From the human T2T-CHM13v2.0 reference genome, Homo sapiens: a stretch of DNA of 64,000 nucleotides. Positions 13,311 to 27,140 of the stretch are shown piece by piece (the first letter of the stretch is position 1; each line of letters opens with the position of its first letter). The stretch lies in NCBI RefSeq assembly GCF_009914755.1, contig NC_060947.1; one strand, given 5' to 3'. The position numbers and the translations under genes were made by a program. The notes under the pieces are model-generated. The model was not told the DNA's origin. It searched no databases and was given only the letters and a program-made list of their open reading frames with translations.

Positions 13311-13663
13311 ACAAGGGGCATTTTTAAAGTACATGTCTATATATGTTTCTTACAGTAAGGCAGAATGAATACCCACACCAGCCTTCCACAGAAAACAACT
13401 AGGGATGTTGGATAATGTATTTTAAAGCCCTATTTAAAATATGCATGAGTGGACAAAAAAGTAAAGAACACTTATGTCTCAAAATAATCAGGAAGAACAT
13501 TGCAGCCCTACAGCCAGTGCTTGCCTTGAAGTCATTTGTTGAATGTGGTGAATCTAAATTCTGTTTTCCTGACCTCACAGGATTCAGTGGACAAAATGCG
13601 AATTCTAGGCTTGCCCATGGTAACAAGTTGAATGGGACAGTCCTTCCCATAAAGCTGGGACTC

Positions 13664-13896
13664 AGCCAGGCATGGTGGCTCATGCCTCTAACCCCAACAC
13701 TTTGGGAGGCCTAGGCGGGAGGATTGCTTGATCCCAGGAGTTCGAGACCAGCCTGGGCAACATGATGAGACCCCATTTCCACGAAATATTTAAAAATTAG
13801 CTGGATGTGGTAGCACTCACCACAATCATGGCTCACTGCACTCCAGCCTGGGCAACAGAGCAAGACCCTGTCTCAAAACAAACAAACAAAAAAAAA
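13664..13896 (+). mobile_element. AluJ with right-arm deletion and micro-inversion
   Basis: Left arm intact; right arm jumps from gtggtagcactcac to cacaatcatggctcactgcactccagcc. Confidence 0.9.
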
Positions 13897-14009
13897 CACT
13901 CTGGGTCTCTAAAAAGGATGTATCTTTATGGTAAGGGAGAACAGCCCTCTCTCAACCAAAGGCAGGAAAATTTCCTACCTTAAACTTTGCAAGTGAAAAC
14001 AACTCTTAA

Positions 14010-14780
<771 letters not shown>

Positions 14781-15313
14781 AAAATGAAACTCAACGAACA
14801 GTTTCAAAGGTAGATTAAGCATAGCTGAATCAGTAACCTGGATGATACATTTGAAGAAATTATGCTGAATGCAGCTCAGCCCCTGCCCCTTCATTTCACA
14901 GTAATCTTTCTAAAGCCTTCTGCCTTCTCTCTTTCATCGGCTTTTTCTCTTCCACCTCTGTTCCTTAAATCCTGGTACCTTCTAGTGTTCTAGCCATCAC
15001 GTCCTTCTTTTCTTAACCACAAATTTTATTTTGAATCTACTCAATAGTTAATGAAAAGTAATATTTTTAAAATGTAAAGAACATTTATCTGAGATGGACA
15101 TTGTTGGCAAAAATATTAATCAAGTGGTATCTGTTTAGTAGCAGAAGTACTTAAAATATCTGAAATGACTTCTAGAAAACATTTTCTAATCTGTTTTTTG
15201 CTTTCCAGTTTGAGAAAATTTCTTCCAACAAAGTCCGAAACACAGAATTGATGCTAAGTGGCAATTTCTAAATGACAAAAAGGGAAAGCCACAAAAATGT
15301 AGTTATGTCAAGG

Positions 15314-15673
15314 TACTATGCAATGAATGTTTGTATCCCTTTGAAGTGGATATATTGAAGGCCTAATACCTAATGTGACAGTATTTGAGGGTGGAACCTT
15401 TGAGAAGTAATTAGGTATGAGGGTGGAGCCTTCATGAATGGAATTCATGTCTTATAAAGACACTAATGTAGAAGAAACATGAGAGAGATGATCATGATGA
15501 TATGAGTGAAGGCAGGCATCTGCAAATCAGGAAGAAGGTCCTTAGTAGACACAGAATCTGCCAGCACCCTGATCTTGGACTTCCCAGCCTCCAGAACTGT
15601 GAGAAATAAATGTTTACTGTTCAAACCACCCAGTCTATGGCATTTGCTAGAGCAGCCTGAACTGGCTAAGACA
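15314..15673 (+). mobile_element. MLT1A-type solo LTR
   Basis: tgatcttggacttcccagcctccagaactgtgagaaataaa...gcagcctgaactggctaagaca. Confidence 0.9.
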
Positions 15674-16100
15674 CAACAAAAATTAAGTCTTTTAGAATAT
15701 GATAATGCTTTTTAAGAAACTATGTCAGAATTCTAGGAAGATAATCTGCACATAAATCAGGCCTTTCTTAGAAAACAAATGTGATGATGTTATTAAAAAT
15801 AAATGATTCAAAGCAATCTTTAAGGCAATTCTATTTCTAATTCTAGAAACTTAATTAGTTACTTTTCTATTTTGCTCTTTGAACTGACGTATTCTGTACT
15901 GTTTTAAACAAATTTGATTTTTTAAAAACACAAGTACCATACTATACTCAAATGTGTGCATACCTACATAGATATGTGCATGCATATATGCCCATAGAAT
16001 GCTGACATAGTCTCCTGAGGAGTCTTTTACTTGAAATCTCTTGCAGACTTCTAACAACTCTAATCCACTAAAATACAGCCCAAAACTATAAGTGACAATT

Positions 16101-16175
16101 ACCTCTTTGCACCCCAGGAACTAAGGTCCAACCTGGGACCTCTTTGCAACCCAGGAACTAAGGTCCAAGGTCCAA
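16101..16175 (+). repeat. 31-bp local duplication
   Basis: acctctttgca(c/a)cccaggaactaaggtccaa at 16101-16131 and 16138-16168, then an extra ggtccaa. Confidence 0.9.
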
Positions 16176-17260
16176 GGGTGGGAGGATGTAAAGTATTAGA
16201 TTTTCACGCTAATTGCACACAATGCCTACATACAAGGAAGGGAATAATAGCAGAAGAAAAGCCTATCCCAATGTCATTCTCATAGGTCACCTGTCCATTT
16301 GCTCTCAGTGGGAGTTAATTCCCAGAAACTAGGGGGGCACACTTGTGAGTCAAAAGAGGCAGGAGAGAGAGGTGGGTACATCTGTTCTATCTAATGGGAT
16401 TCGGTTCCACAGTAGAGCCAGTGCCCATGTTGCATAAACAGGAGGAAGCAGCCTCAGATCCAGGATACCTTTTTTTCACCATGATGAATAGAACATCAGT
16501 GCAGAAGGGATGCAGAAGGGAAGATGGGCCTAACTGGAATTATGTAGTACATATGGTGTGTATGTTGTAAGTTGTAGGTATGTTGCTATCTGGCTAGCAC
16601 AGTTAACCAAATACTGTAAGTGGACATTGTACCCTCAAATTTCAAGATACAATGTTGTTGAACATTGATAAATAAATGATGAAGCTAAACCAATTTCCAG
16701 CAATGTATTTCCCAGATACTTTCAAAATGTCAGTTTACCAAGACCTCTCGTATTTCATTTCCTCACAGGTCCTTTTGGTATTTCATCAGAAATGACTGGC
16801 TGATGGGTTCCCTTGTGAAAGTGCCCCATTTGGACAAGTTAAATGAGTAAACCTGGTTAAAAAAATATATTCACCAAGAGCCTCTGGGCATAGGTACAGT
16901 TTCCAAGAGCCCAAGCATTCTTGGCTACTTGTAAGTATTATTGGAAGGCACTCAAAACAAACACTCCATTTGCCTGATCTTCAGCAAAGAAAATATCAGC
17001 CTGTGTGAGCTAATGTGGATGTTATTTTAGAATTAGCTTCACTGCCATTTCAGGGTAGCTAATACTATTGTCCTCAACTCAAAGCCTTTTGAACTTAGAT
17101 TTAGAAGGCAGGCAAGCTGCAAAGCTTGTGACTTTGAGTGTTCTAGAAAAACTCAAATATGAGTAGATTTAGCTTGGTCGTGCAGGACACTTTCCCTTAA
17201 CTTACTGAGGTATTTGTATCATGGAAGAAGTTGAAAGATTACTTTCAACTGTAGGAACAG

Positions 17261-17435
17261 CAGGGGTAGCTTCACAGGCATGAAACCAGGCAGTGGCTCA
17301 GGGCTTCACAGTACAAAGGGCTCTGTGCTGAGTTAAATGCTCTGCTGCTGCCATCTTGAAATTCTTAATATTTCTTGAACAAGGGGCTCTGCATTCTCAT
17401 TTTGAACTGGGCCTTGCAAACCTGGAAACAGCAAT
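17261..17435 (+). mobile_element. MER91A (hAT-Tip100)
   Basis: caggggtagcttcacaggc...aatgctctgctgctgccatcttgaaattcttaata...ttttgaactgggcc. Confidence 0.8.
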
Positions 17436-17597
17436 GTGGCTTTACTTCTACCTCCTTCCTAGACAACTTTCCTTCTTGTTTGCATATACAGGTTTCTCTA
17501 TTCATATTAAATATAAAATGTATCTTTTAGTAGCTGAGTCTCTGAAAGGTTTGGCCCACCACAAGGATAAAAAACAGGATGAGAGAACAGTAAAGTA

Positions 17598-18240
17598 AAA
17601 TGATAACATTAGAAGAAATGGAAACTGGGTACAGGGTATACAGGAATTATCTGTACAATCTTTGCAACTTTTCTGTAAATCTAAAATTATTCTAAAATAT
17701 AAAGACCAGCTCATCATCAATTTAAAAAGAATGTAGTAATTATAAAGAGACAATTGTAAAATAACCAGAAACAACAACAGTAACAAAAGCCTTTCACACT
17801 TGAAAGTTAAAAATAAAAAAGAAACAACAGTATTCTTCTTAAAAAATCACTTGATCAAAGAAAATTAAAAATGGAAATTGTAAACTTGGAAATATATTAC
17901 TATTATTTTCATAACCATTAAAGGATTTAATTAGAATTGTTTAAATATAGCAAAAAATATGTTTAAAACTCAACAGTCTACTTTTGGACCACAACAATAG
18001 GAAAAATGAAAATCCCTTTATTCAGAAATGTGCATTAACGATATGTGCATGTGTTTGTGTATGTGAATAAATTATAAAATTTTGCTAAATGATACTAAAG
18101 AAGACTGAAGTAAATGAATCATATCCTATTGCTGGATGGAAATAATTAATTTCATAAAAATATCAGACTTGTCTAAAGTAATACATTTTTAAAATTCTTT
18201 CTGTAATCTGAAAAAGATAATGAAAAATCTCTGTACCCCT
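17598..18240 (+). mobile_element. L1M fragments (3' end plus degraded ORF2)
   Basis: ggaaactgggtacagggtatacaggaattatctgtacaatctttgcaacttttctgtaaatctaaaattattc. Confidence 0.7.
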
Positions 18241-18419
18241 GGGGGATGCAGGGAATCATCCTTGGGGGAAGGACAATGTAATAGTCTGATCCTGAGACCC
18301 AGGGATACAGGGCCTACCTCAAACTGAGGCTGAACCAGGTCAGCAATGGCTTAATTCACTTAAAAACATGTCCCCAGGCTCAAAAAGCTAGGAAAGGACA
18401 GATCCAGGGCTTGAGACCA

Positions 18420-19250
18420 TTCATTCAGTCATTAACGCATTCATTAATCCATCAATTATTTTTTGATCACCAACTCTGACCAGGGCATTGTTCTGGGGGA
18501 GAGACAGAGCAACGAACAAGACACATACCAGTTTGCTTTCCTGCTTTCTTGGGATATACATTCAAAAGGGTTAAGCACAGATTTGAGAATACAAAAGCAA
18601 CAAATAAATAGGTTTCTCCACCTTGGCACTACTGACACTGGGGGAAGAATGATTCCCTGTTGTGAGGGTGGTTCTGTGCATTGTAGGATGTTAGCAGCAT
18701 CCCTGGTCTCCACCCACTAGATGCCGGTAGCACCCTCCACCCCAGTTGTAAGAACAAAAAAATCTCCAGATCGCCAAATTTGCCCTGGGGAGACAAAATC
18801 CCTCCATGTTAAGAACCACTGACATAAATGAATTCAATAATTTCACATAGTGGTAAGCAATATGAAGAAAATAAAATTGGATGATGGACAGAGATGGAGA
18901 GGCACCACTTTAGACTGGAGGGTCACAGAAGGTTGTTTCAAGGGGAGAAGGCCAAGAATCAGGCATTGACATATGAGGGCAGAGAGTTCTAGGCAGTGGG
19001 AACAGCGGGTGAAAAGTTCCTGAGGTGGTAAGGAGCTTGGTGTGTTAAAGGAACATAAAGAAAACAGAGTGACTGAGGTGTGATGACACAGAATGCGTGA
19101 GCAGGGGCCAGATCATACAGCAACTTAGGGTTTATGCTTGAAAAGATGATTCAGTTGCTCTTTGGAGAACAATTTGAGGTAGCCTGAATAGAAGGGGAAA
19201 TTGGTAGTCTAGGAGAAAGACTGTGGGAGCAGAAATAGGGTTTTAGTGAA
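18420..19250 (-). mobile_element. L2 interrupted by MER20
   Basis: (CATT)n end, cagggcattgttctggggg, ctaggcagtgggaacagcgggtgaaaagttcctgagg. Confidence 0.8.
18610..18821 (-). mobile_element. MER20 (hAT-Charlie)
   Basis: gtgcattgtaggatgttagcagcatccctggtctccacccactagatgcc...gagaaccactg-like end; TSD aaataaat/acataaat. Confidence 0.92.
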
Positions 19251-19815
19251 GGAAATGGGAGTCACTGAACAGATCTGTCACATGGTGATGTGGAGGTAAG
19301 AGGCCTTGCTAATAGACTGGACATGGACAACAAGTTCCCCTTCTCCTTTAGGTGTCTGCCAAGATGGGTCCCATTGTCTATATTCTGCTGGAGATCCACC
19401 CCTGCCTCCAACTAGGCCAGATGTGCTGCATTCCTGTTTGGGCTCAATCTCTAATTCTTGGCCCCACTCTGTACCCTCATCTTCTAATAGGTCACCCCTG
19501 ACCGCTGCCCTAGTCAGCTCCATGGCCAGAAACCTCATCTTCCCTTAGCCTCCCTACCATTTTCTCACATCCGGTTTCCCTCCAAACATTGCCAGCACTT
19601 GAAGTCTCTCGGGAGCTAAAGCTGAACATTCTGTTTCTATGATTATAGAAACCCAAGAATTATCTTCATCATGAATTCCAGAGAAGAGCCTAGGGGGTTT
19701 CTCAGAGTCATCTTATGAACAAAAGACATGGTACATACAGGGGTCAAAAATGCAAGAAAGAGGAATGTACAGTACAACATAGTAACCCCAAAAGGGATAT
19801 TTAAACAGTGATTGA

Positions 19816-20282
19816 AATCACGGGTTGAATTGTGTCTCCCAAAAAGATATGGTCAAGTCCTAACCCCATGTTACCTGTGTATGTGACCTTATTTAGAAAT
19901 GGGATCTTCGCAGATGTAATTAGTTAAGATGGTCACATTGGATTCGGGAGGGCCCTAAATTTGTAAGGGTGTCCTTACAGAAAAAGGAGGGGACACATAC
20001 AGACACAAGCACACACAGGAAAGAAGTCCATGTGACAATGGAGGCAGAGACTGGAGTCATGTAACTGCATGTTAAGGAACATCAAGGATTGCCAGGAGCC
20101 ACTGGAAACTAGGAAGAGGCAAGGAAGGAATCTCCCCTAGCACCTTCACAGGGATCATGGCACTGCTGACACTTTGATTTTGGACTTCTGGCCTCCAGAA
20201 CTGACAGAGAGAATACATTTCTCTTGTTTTAAAACACCCAGTTTGTAGTCATTTGTTTTGGCAGCCCTAGGAAACTAACACA
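19816..20282 (+). mobile_element. MLT1C-type solo LTR
   Basis: gggttgaattgtgtctcccaaaaagatatg...ggcagccctaggaaactaacaca. Confidence 0.9.
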
Positions 20283-21162
20283 ATGCACATTTAGACAGTT
20301 TGGGCCAAAAAAAGTACATTTTAAGTACATGTGAATTTCCTGTTGAAAAGCTATAGCACAGAATATTTGAATGATGAAGGTTAATCAGATGAAGAACTCC
20401 AGCAGCTTGACCTTCTGAATTCAGTTGATATTGAACACATATGCCCTGTTAAAGCTGCCTTCTCAACACTCCTTTTGGCTGCTCAACTGCTCCACTAGAC
20501 CCAAGCTCCTGGGGTCCAGGCTCTAATGCTGGGTTCTTTGCAAAGTGAAATTCAATATGTACCCTCTGGGCCCTGAAGCCTGAGTACCATGCCTGAGGGA
20601 GCCTCAGTAAAGGTTGATTGAGCCTTTGCATGTTCTGATTACCCTTTCCCACAAGCTGTAAACTTGACAAGCACACACTACTCCAAAGAGACCTGGACAG
20701 TCTTCTAAAGGTGTCACCCTCACACCACACCACAGCTGAGTCAGCAAAATTCCAGGGAGTACACAACAGTTTCATCCCCAAGTCTGTCTACAGCGTTATC
20801 TATTGGTGCTTCTTTGGGTCCACATACCACCTTTTCTAGATCTAATCAATGCTTCTTGTTTACATCCACCTCCATATCCAGCTAATGAAAATTTAAATGG
20901 ATGTATAAATCTCACCAAATTATAAGTGGACCAAGGCATTGTAACTCAGAAGATGGAATGCTAGACAGCAAGAGAAATGTTTTGGATGGTGGCACTTCTC
21001 TGGCATGCTTTCAACTCTTTGGCAGGGGACAAGAAGCCCTTTTTCTTAGTCATACAGAAGAATAAAAATATGCAATCAAAGGGACAAATTAAAATTATAA
21101 AGCAGTGAACAAATGGCAATAATAATTTGCCTTTCATTTTAAAGTGTGGCATTCTATGGCAT

Positions 21163-21619
21163 GGCTATGGTTTGGATACAGTTTGTTTGCCCTCACTAAA
21201 TCTCATGTTGATCTCTGATCCTCAGTGTGGTGGTGTTGGGAGGTGGGGCTTAGTGGGAAATGTTTGAGTCATAGGGGCAGATCCCTCATGAAGGACTTGG
21301 TGCCATTTTTGCAGTAGTGAGTTCTAGCTCTTGTGAAATGGAATTAGTTCTCAAGGGAATGAATTATTTTTCCCAAAAATGAGTTGTTATAAATCCAGGA
21401 TACTCCTGGGTTTGGTCCCTCTTTGCATGTGCCCACTTCCCTTTTGACCTTTTCTGCCATGTTTTGACACAGCACAGAAGCCCATACCACAAGCCAAGCA
21501 GATGCCAGTACCATAGTACTTTTATAGCCTGAAGAACCATAATCTAAATAAATCTCTTTTCTTTGTAAATTACATAGCATCACATATTCCTTTATCACAA
21601 CACAAAACAGACAAAGACA
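21163..21619 (+). mobile_element. MSTB-type MaLR solo LTR, 5-bp TSD
   Basis: gctatggtttggata...aaaacagacaaagaca; TSD ggcat at 21158-21162 and 21620-21624. Confidence 0.9.
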
Positions 21620-21629
21620 GGCATTCAAT

Positions 21630-22055
21630 ATTCTGCAGTATTATCTTCAGTGGTTTAACAGTATTCCATAATAGCGCTATATGATCATTTAATCAATCCA
21701 CTATTATAGACTGTTTCCATTCTTCTTGTGCCCTATTTTTAAAAAATACTGTGATAACACATCCTTGAAGCTAAATTTTAGCACACACCCAGGGTTATTT
21801 CTACAGGATAAATGTCTTGATATGAACCTATAGAGTTTCAGGAATTAACATCTTTAAGGCTTTTGGTTCCTACAGCTTTTGATTCTTATTACTGAATTTT
21901 TTCCTACCCATGCCAAAAAAGTTGTATGCATTTGCACCTCCAGCAGCATATCTTGAGTGTTTCTTTCCCAATCCAATTACCAGCATTATATATTATACAA
22001 TTTTCATCTTTGCCAAAGTTACCCATAAAAATGGTAAAAAGCATTTGAGTGTAAT
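21630..22055 (-). mobile_element. Old L1ME fragment
   Basis: gtattccataatagcgctatatgatcatttaatcaatcc...ttcctacccatgccaaaaaagttgtatgcatttgcacctccagcagc. Confidence 0.65.
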
Positions 22056-22065
22056 ATTAAAGAAA

Positions 22066-22067
<2 letters not shown>

Positions 22068-22118
<51 letters not shown>
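22068..22118 (+). repeat. (CA)n microsatellite
   Basis: Direct reading. Confidence 0.97.
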
Positions 22119-22139
22119 GAGCTTTCAAGAAAATAATCA

Positions 22140-25100
22140 TTGATCTAAAAACTTAAAAGCTTCCAGACAAAAACACAGGAGAATATCTTTTCGACTTTGA
22201 GGTAGGAAAACATTTCCTAGAATATAAAATTTGATACACTTCATCAAATTAAAAACAAAAACAACTCTTGCTCATGAAAAGACATCATTGCTGAAGTAAA
22301 AAAAAAAAAGCACCACAGACTAGGAGAAATTTTTAAAAACACATGTCTAATGAAGGACTTGTATTTAGATTTTTAAAATTCCTACAAATAATGCAAATAA
22401 ACAAAACAATAGGAATGGGAAAAAAGACGTGATCGAGAAATTCTCAAAATACTCAAACTGTCAATAAATATGAAAAGGTGCTCAGCAAGGAGATGCATAT
22501 TAAAGCCACAGAGAGATTGAATAAGATATCTGAGACAGTGTTACAAGGCAATCAAAAGATATAAAGGACATACACATTGAAAACAAAGGAGAAATACTAA
22601 GCTTTTTTTTTTCCCAGAAAAGACAATCATGTATTAATTATGTAGGAAGAAAATCCAGAAATCTACTTTAAAAAGCCACTAGAGCTATAAGTAGATTGAG
22701 CATGGCCTCAGGATGCAAGGTTAATATCCAAAACCAACTGAATTTCTATTTGTAATCAATGAAGGATTGAAAGATGAAACCAGAAAAACAATACAACGTA
22801 TAATTTAATCAAAGCACACAAACCACTCAGGAATAAATTTAGCCAGATATACACAACAACCTAAAAACTGAAAATTTAAAAATATTACTGAGGAAAGAAA
22901 AAAGACAAATAAATCAAACCATAATTTCAGTGTAATCTCAATCAAAATCCCATCATCAGTTCTTGCAGACATTATAAAATTGTATTGAAATACCAAGAAC
23001 CCAGATTAGCCAATACATTTTGAATAGGAATAACCAAATTATAGGACTTACAGTGTCTGGTTTCAAGATTTACTATAAAGCTACAAAAATCAAGACATTG
23101 TGTACAGTGAAAGACAGGATGATAATTGCATGAAGAAAGACATATAGAACAATGGGACAGAATAGAGAATCCACAAACAGACTCATAATATAGTCAACTG
23201 ATTTCAACAAAGGTGTCAAAAGTAATTTAATGGGGAAAGGAGAGAGTTTCAAAAAATGATGGTATAACAATGTTTTCTTAAAAAATTAAACTGTCCCTCT
23301 ACTTCACACCATATATAAAAATGAATTCAAAATGAATCATAGACCTAAATGTAATTATTAAAACTATAAAATGTTTTCAAGATAATATAGAAGAAAACCT
23401 CTGCAATCTTGTGGTATACAAAGATTTCTTAAGATACAAGAAAAACCCAACAAGAACAGATGAAAATATTAAAAATTGGACTCCATCAAAATTTAAAATT
23501 CATGCTCTTTGAAAGATATCATTAAAAAATGAAAAGGCAAGACATAGACTAGGAAAAAAATATCCACAATACTTATATCAGACAAGTGACTTGTTTCCAG
23601 AGTATACAGAGAGATCTTACAACTCAAAAATTGACAATTTTTCAGTTATGAGAACTTCAAATATGATAAAAAAAAAAAAACAATTTTTCAAGCTGGTAAA
23701 AGATTTGGAAACTTAACAAAATAAGATAATAAATGGCTGATAGGCACATAAGATATGATATTTATCAGCACTATTCATCAAGAAAATGTGAATTAAAACA
23801 AGAGATACCACTAAACTTGCTAGAATTTAAAACTATACTGTATGATTACTGTATGAATGACAAATGTTGGTAAGAATATGGAACAATTGGAACTCTCATG
23901 CCTTGCTGATGGAAGCATAAAATGTGACAACCCTTTAGAGAACTGTATGGTAATTTCTTATAAAGTTAAACATACGCTTACCATATATCCCGGCCATTTT
24001 ACTTCTAGGTATTTACTCAAGAGAAAGGAAAACATATGTCCCCAAAAGAATTGTACACAAATGCTTATTGCAGCTGTTTTCATAATAGCACAAAACAGAA
24101 AACAACTCAAATATTCATCCACAGATGAACAAGTAAACATATTGTGATATGTCTGTACAGTGGAATATGAGTCAACAATAAAAAGAAATTACTGAAATAC
24201 ACAAGGACATGCATGAATCTCAAAAATATGTTGAGATAAAGAAGCTAGACCAAAAAATACACATACAATATGATTCCAATGCTAAGAAATTCTAGACAAA
24301 CAAAACTAATCTGTAGGGTCAGAAAATAGATCAGTGGTTGCCTGCTACCAGGCACTGACTGGGAAGGGGCATGAAGAGTTTCTTTTATGGTGATGGAAAT
24401 ATTTGATATCTTGATGTGGTGGTTACATGGATATATATACCTGCCAAACTTAGTCAACCTACACACTTAAGATGGCATATTTTATTGTATGCTAATCATA
24501 CTTCAATAAAAGTGATTTTTTTTAAAAAGAGATATAAATGCATACCCTTCAGTATGACTAAAATTATAAAGACTGCAAGACCAAGTGTTGGCAAAGATAT
24601 AAATAATTAGAACTCCTGTACATTGATGGAAAACTTCTTTGGCAGTTAAAGTTAAATAAACAGCTTCCCTATGAACCAGCAATTCCACTCCTAGCTTTAT
24701 ACCCAAGAGAAATGAGTATGTATGTCCACAAAAAGGCTTGTAAAAGAATGTTCACAGAAGCTTTATTTGTAATAGCCAAAGGCTGGAAACTCCCCAAATA
24801 TCTATCAACAGGAGAGTAGATAAACAAATTGTGGTGTGTTCATACAATGGAAAACTACCTGGCAATAAAGGAACAAACTAATGATGTCCACAACAACTTA
24901 TAGTCTCAAAAGCATTGCGTACAGTGAAAGACACATTAACTCATACAGTATTATTCCATTTATATGGATTTCAAAAACAGGCAGCACTAATCTATGTGGA
25001 TAGAAATTAGGATGGCAGTTGCCTCTGAGCAGGGGAACTAACTGGAAGAGGCATAAGGAAACTTCCTGGGGTGATGGAGATGTTTTATATCTTAATCTGG

Positions 25101-25200
25101 GTAATGGCCATGTGCATTTCTCAAATTTCTTCAAGACGTACACTTTAATATTGCTGTGTTTTACTAAATTGTGCCTTGCAAAGCATGAAAAAAAACCCAT
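22140..25200 (+). mobile_element. Nested old L1 block: L1MC/MD-like (about 22520-24525) inserted in an older L1ME
   Basis: Degenerate ORF2 3' half and 3' UTR. The outer element stops at ...gcatattaaagccacagagagat and resumes at gagatataaatgcatacccttcagtatgactaaaatt. ORF 23857-24147 is an ORF2 C-terminal remnant. Confidence 0.82.
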
Positions 25201-26044
25201 AAAAATAAAATTTGAAGCCAGAAAGATTGGGGGGTTGAGAGTTCAGCAGAGCTTGTGTTCATTTGTGCTTAATTTCTCATTTTCATAGAGATTTCAAAGA
25301 TGCTAACTATCAAGAATATTCTTCACCAACAACAAAATTCTTCCTAGAGCAAAGTGACACAGAGCTCTAGTTTCATGAGGGCACAAAGAAACAAAACCAG
25401 GAGACTGCTGAGCAGTGTAAGCCCAAACTCTTTGAACTCATAGAAGGGATTCTAAATTGGGAATCCAAACATTTTCTGTTTCCTAGCAGAAATACTCATG
25501 CATGCAAAAGCTCCAGGCAGGCAATGGGGCTATTGAAATGGCAATCTGGCCATGACAGATGTTTTAAAATGCATTTGAATCCACTCAGTCTCCACTTTAA
25601 CGAAAGGCGGCTTTCTCCCAGAGTTACTCATAACAACTCATGTAGTCTGTGGTCACAGTTAATCTGACTTACAGGGTCCTGAGTTTGAAGGGCTGTGTCT
25701 TGGAAGGTTTCTCACAGGCCATGAGACAAACAGTGCCTGCCGCACAAGAAGCAACACATCTTTCATGGTGTTTTATTGTTGCTATCATGAAATGTGAAGT
25801 GGTATGACTGTACAACCAGCAAGGGCAACATCCCGGTTCAGCTCATCAGAACACAGCTCCAAAGAGATTTAATGTTGGAGACACCTAGTAACACATTCAT
25901 TTCTGGAGGGTAGCATCCCTCTGATCAACAGGTCATTGTATACATTCAGCTGCTTAGGAAGTATCTGCAAATGTGACATTCTGATTACAGGCTGGTACTC
26001 TATGGCAGATGGAATCTAGATATTTTCAAACTTAGAACTCTTTT

Positions 26045-26216
26045 CAGGGCTGGCTTCATGGGTTCATGACCTGTGCACACAGCCCCATGCTCAGAAGGGC
26101 TCTGCACTTGGTTTAAGGCTCATCTCTCGCCATCTTGAAATTCTAATAATTTTTTCAAAAGGAGCCTCGTGTTTTCATTTTGTACTGGGTTCTGCCAATT
26201 ATGTAGCCAGTCCCAG
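26045..26216 (+). mobile_element. MER91A (hAT-Tip100)
   Basis: cagggctggcttcatggg...ccaattatgtagccagtcccag, near full length. Confidence 0.85.
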
Positions 26217-26631
26217 CTGATGCTACAGAAGCTCATCTCTCCTGGACCTTGAGACTAAAAGTGAACCTTGGCCCCACTGCTCTTAATCAAGAGCTAATCT
26301 ATATATTAAATTTGGTTCTTAAATTCACTGGGGGTCGGGGGTATACCGTGGAGGGAGAATCTATGTACCAGTCTGCCTTTACATTTGCAAATCTGGCCAG
26401 GTGATCCCCCTTCAATTTGGCTCCACAAAAAGCCTTACCTTGAAATACACATGCTTAGGGTGGGAGCAGGATACTGTGAAAATGAAAGGAAGGCTGGGCA
26501 AGGATTAAGTCAGGGTAATAATGAAGGGAAGGAAAGGAAAGGGAAATGTACGACAGTTGAGCTCTTAATTGTTCTCACTTGGATTTCTGCAGTTTATTCT
26601 TTCTCTAGTTTGTTTCCCTGCCCGTTTTGCC

Positions 26632-27140
26632 TATCCACACAAAAACTTGTGTGTGAATCTTCATAGCAGCAGTATTCATAATAGCCCAAAACTGAAAACA
26701 CAAATGACTTTCAACTGATGAATGTAAAATGTGATATACACAATGGTATGTTATTCGGCAACAAAAAGAATAAAGTATAGATATATGATACGACATGGAT
26801 GAACCTTAAAAACATTATGCTAAATGAAAAAAGCCAGAAACCAAAAAAAATCACGTACTGTATAATTCCATTTATATGAAATATGCAGAATAGGCAAGTC
26901 CACAGAGACAGCAAGTAGATTAGTGGTTGCCAGGGGCTGAGGATGAGTAGGTATGGAGTGGGAGAAATGGGGAGTGATGGCTGGCTAATGGATATGGAGT
27001 TTCTTTGTGGTGTGATAAAAATGTTCTAATTGATTGTGGTTATGGTTGTACACCTCTGTAAATATACTAAAAGCCATTTAATTATGCAGTTCAAATGCGT
27101 GAATTGTATAAGTGAATTACATTTCAGTAAAGCCATTTTT
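26632..27140 (+). mobile_element. L1MB 3' end
   Basis: atccacacaaaaacttgtgtgtgaatcttcatagcagc...agattagtggttgccaggggctga. Confidence 0.88.

Noticed and set aside
16101-16175. CRISPR-like repeat-spacer
   Set aside because: Only two units with a 6-bp spacer, no cas genes, and a eukaryotic context.
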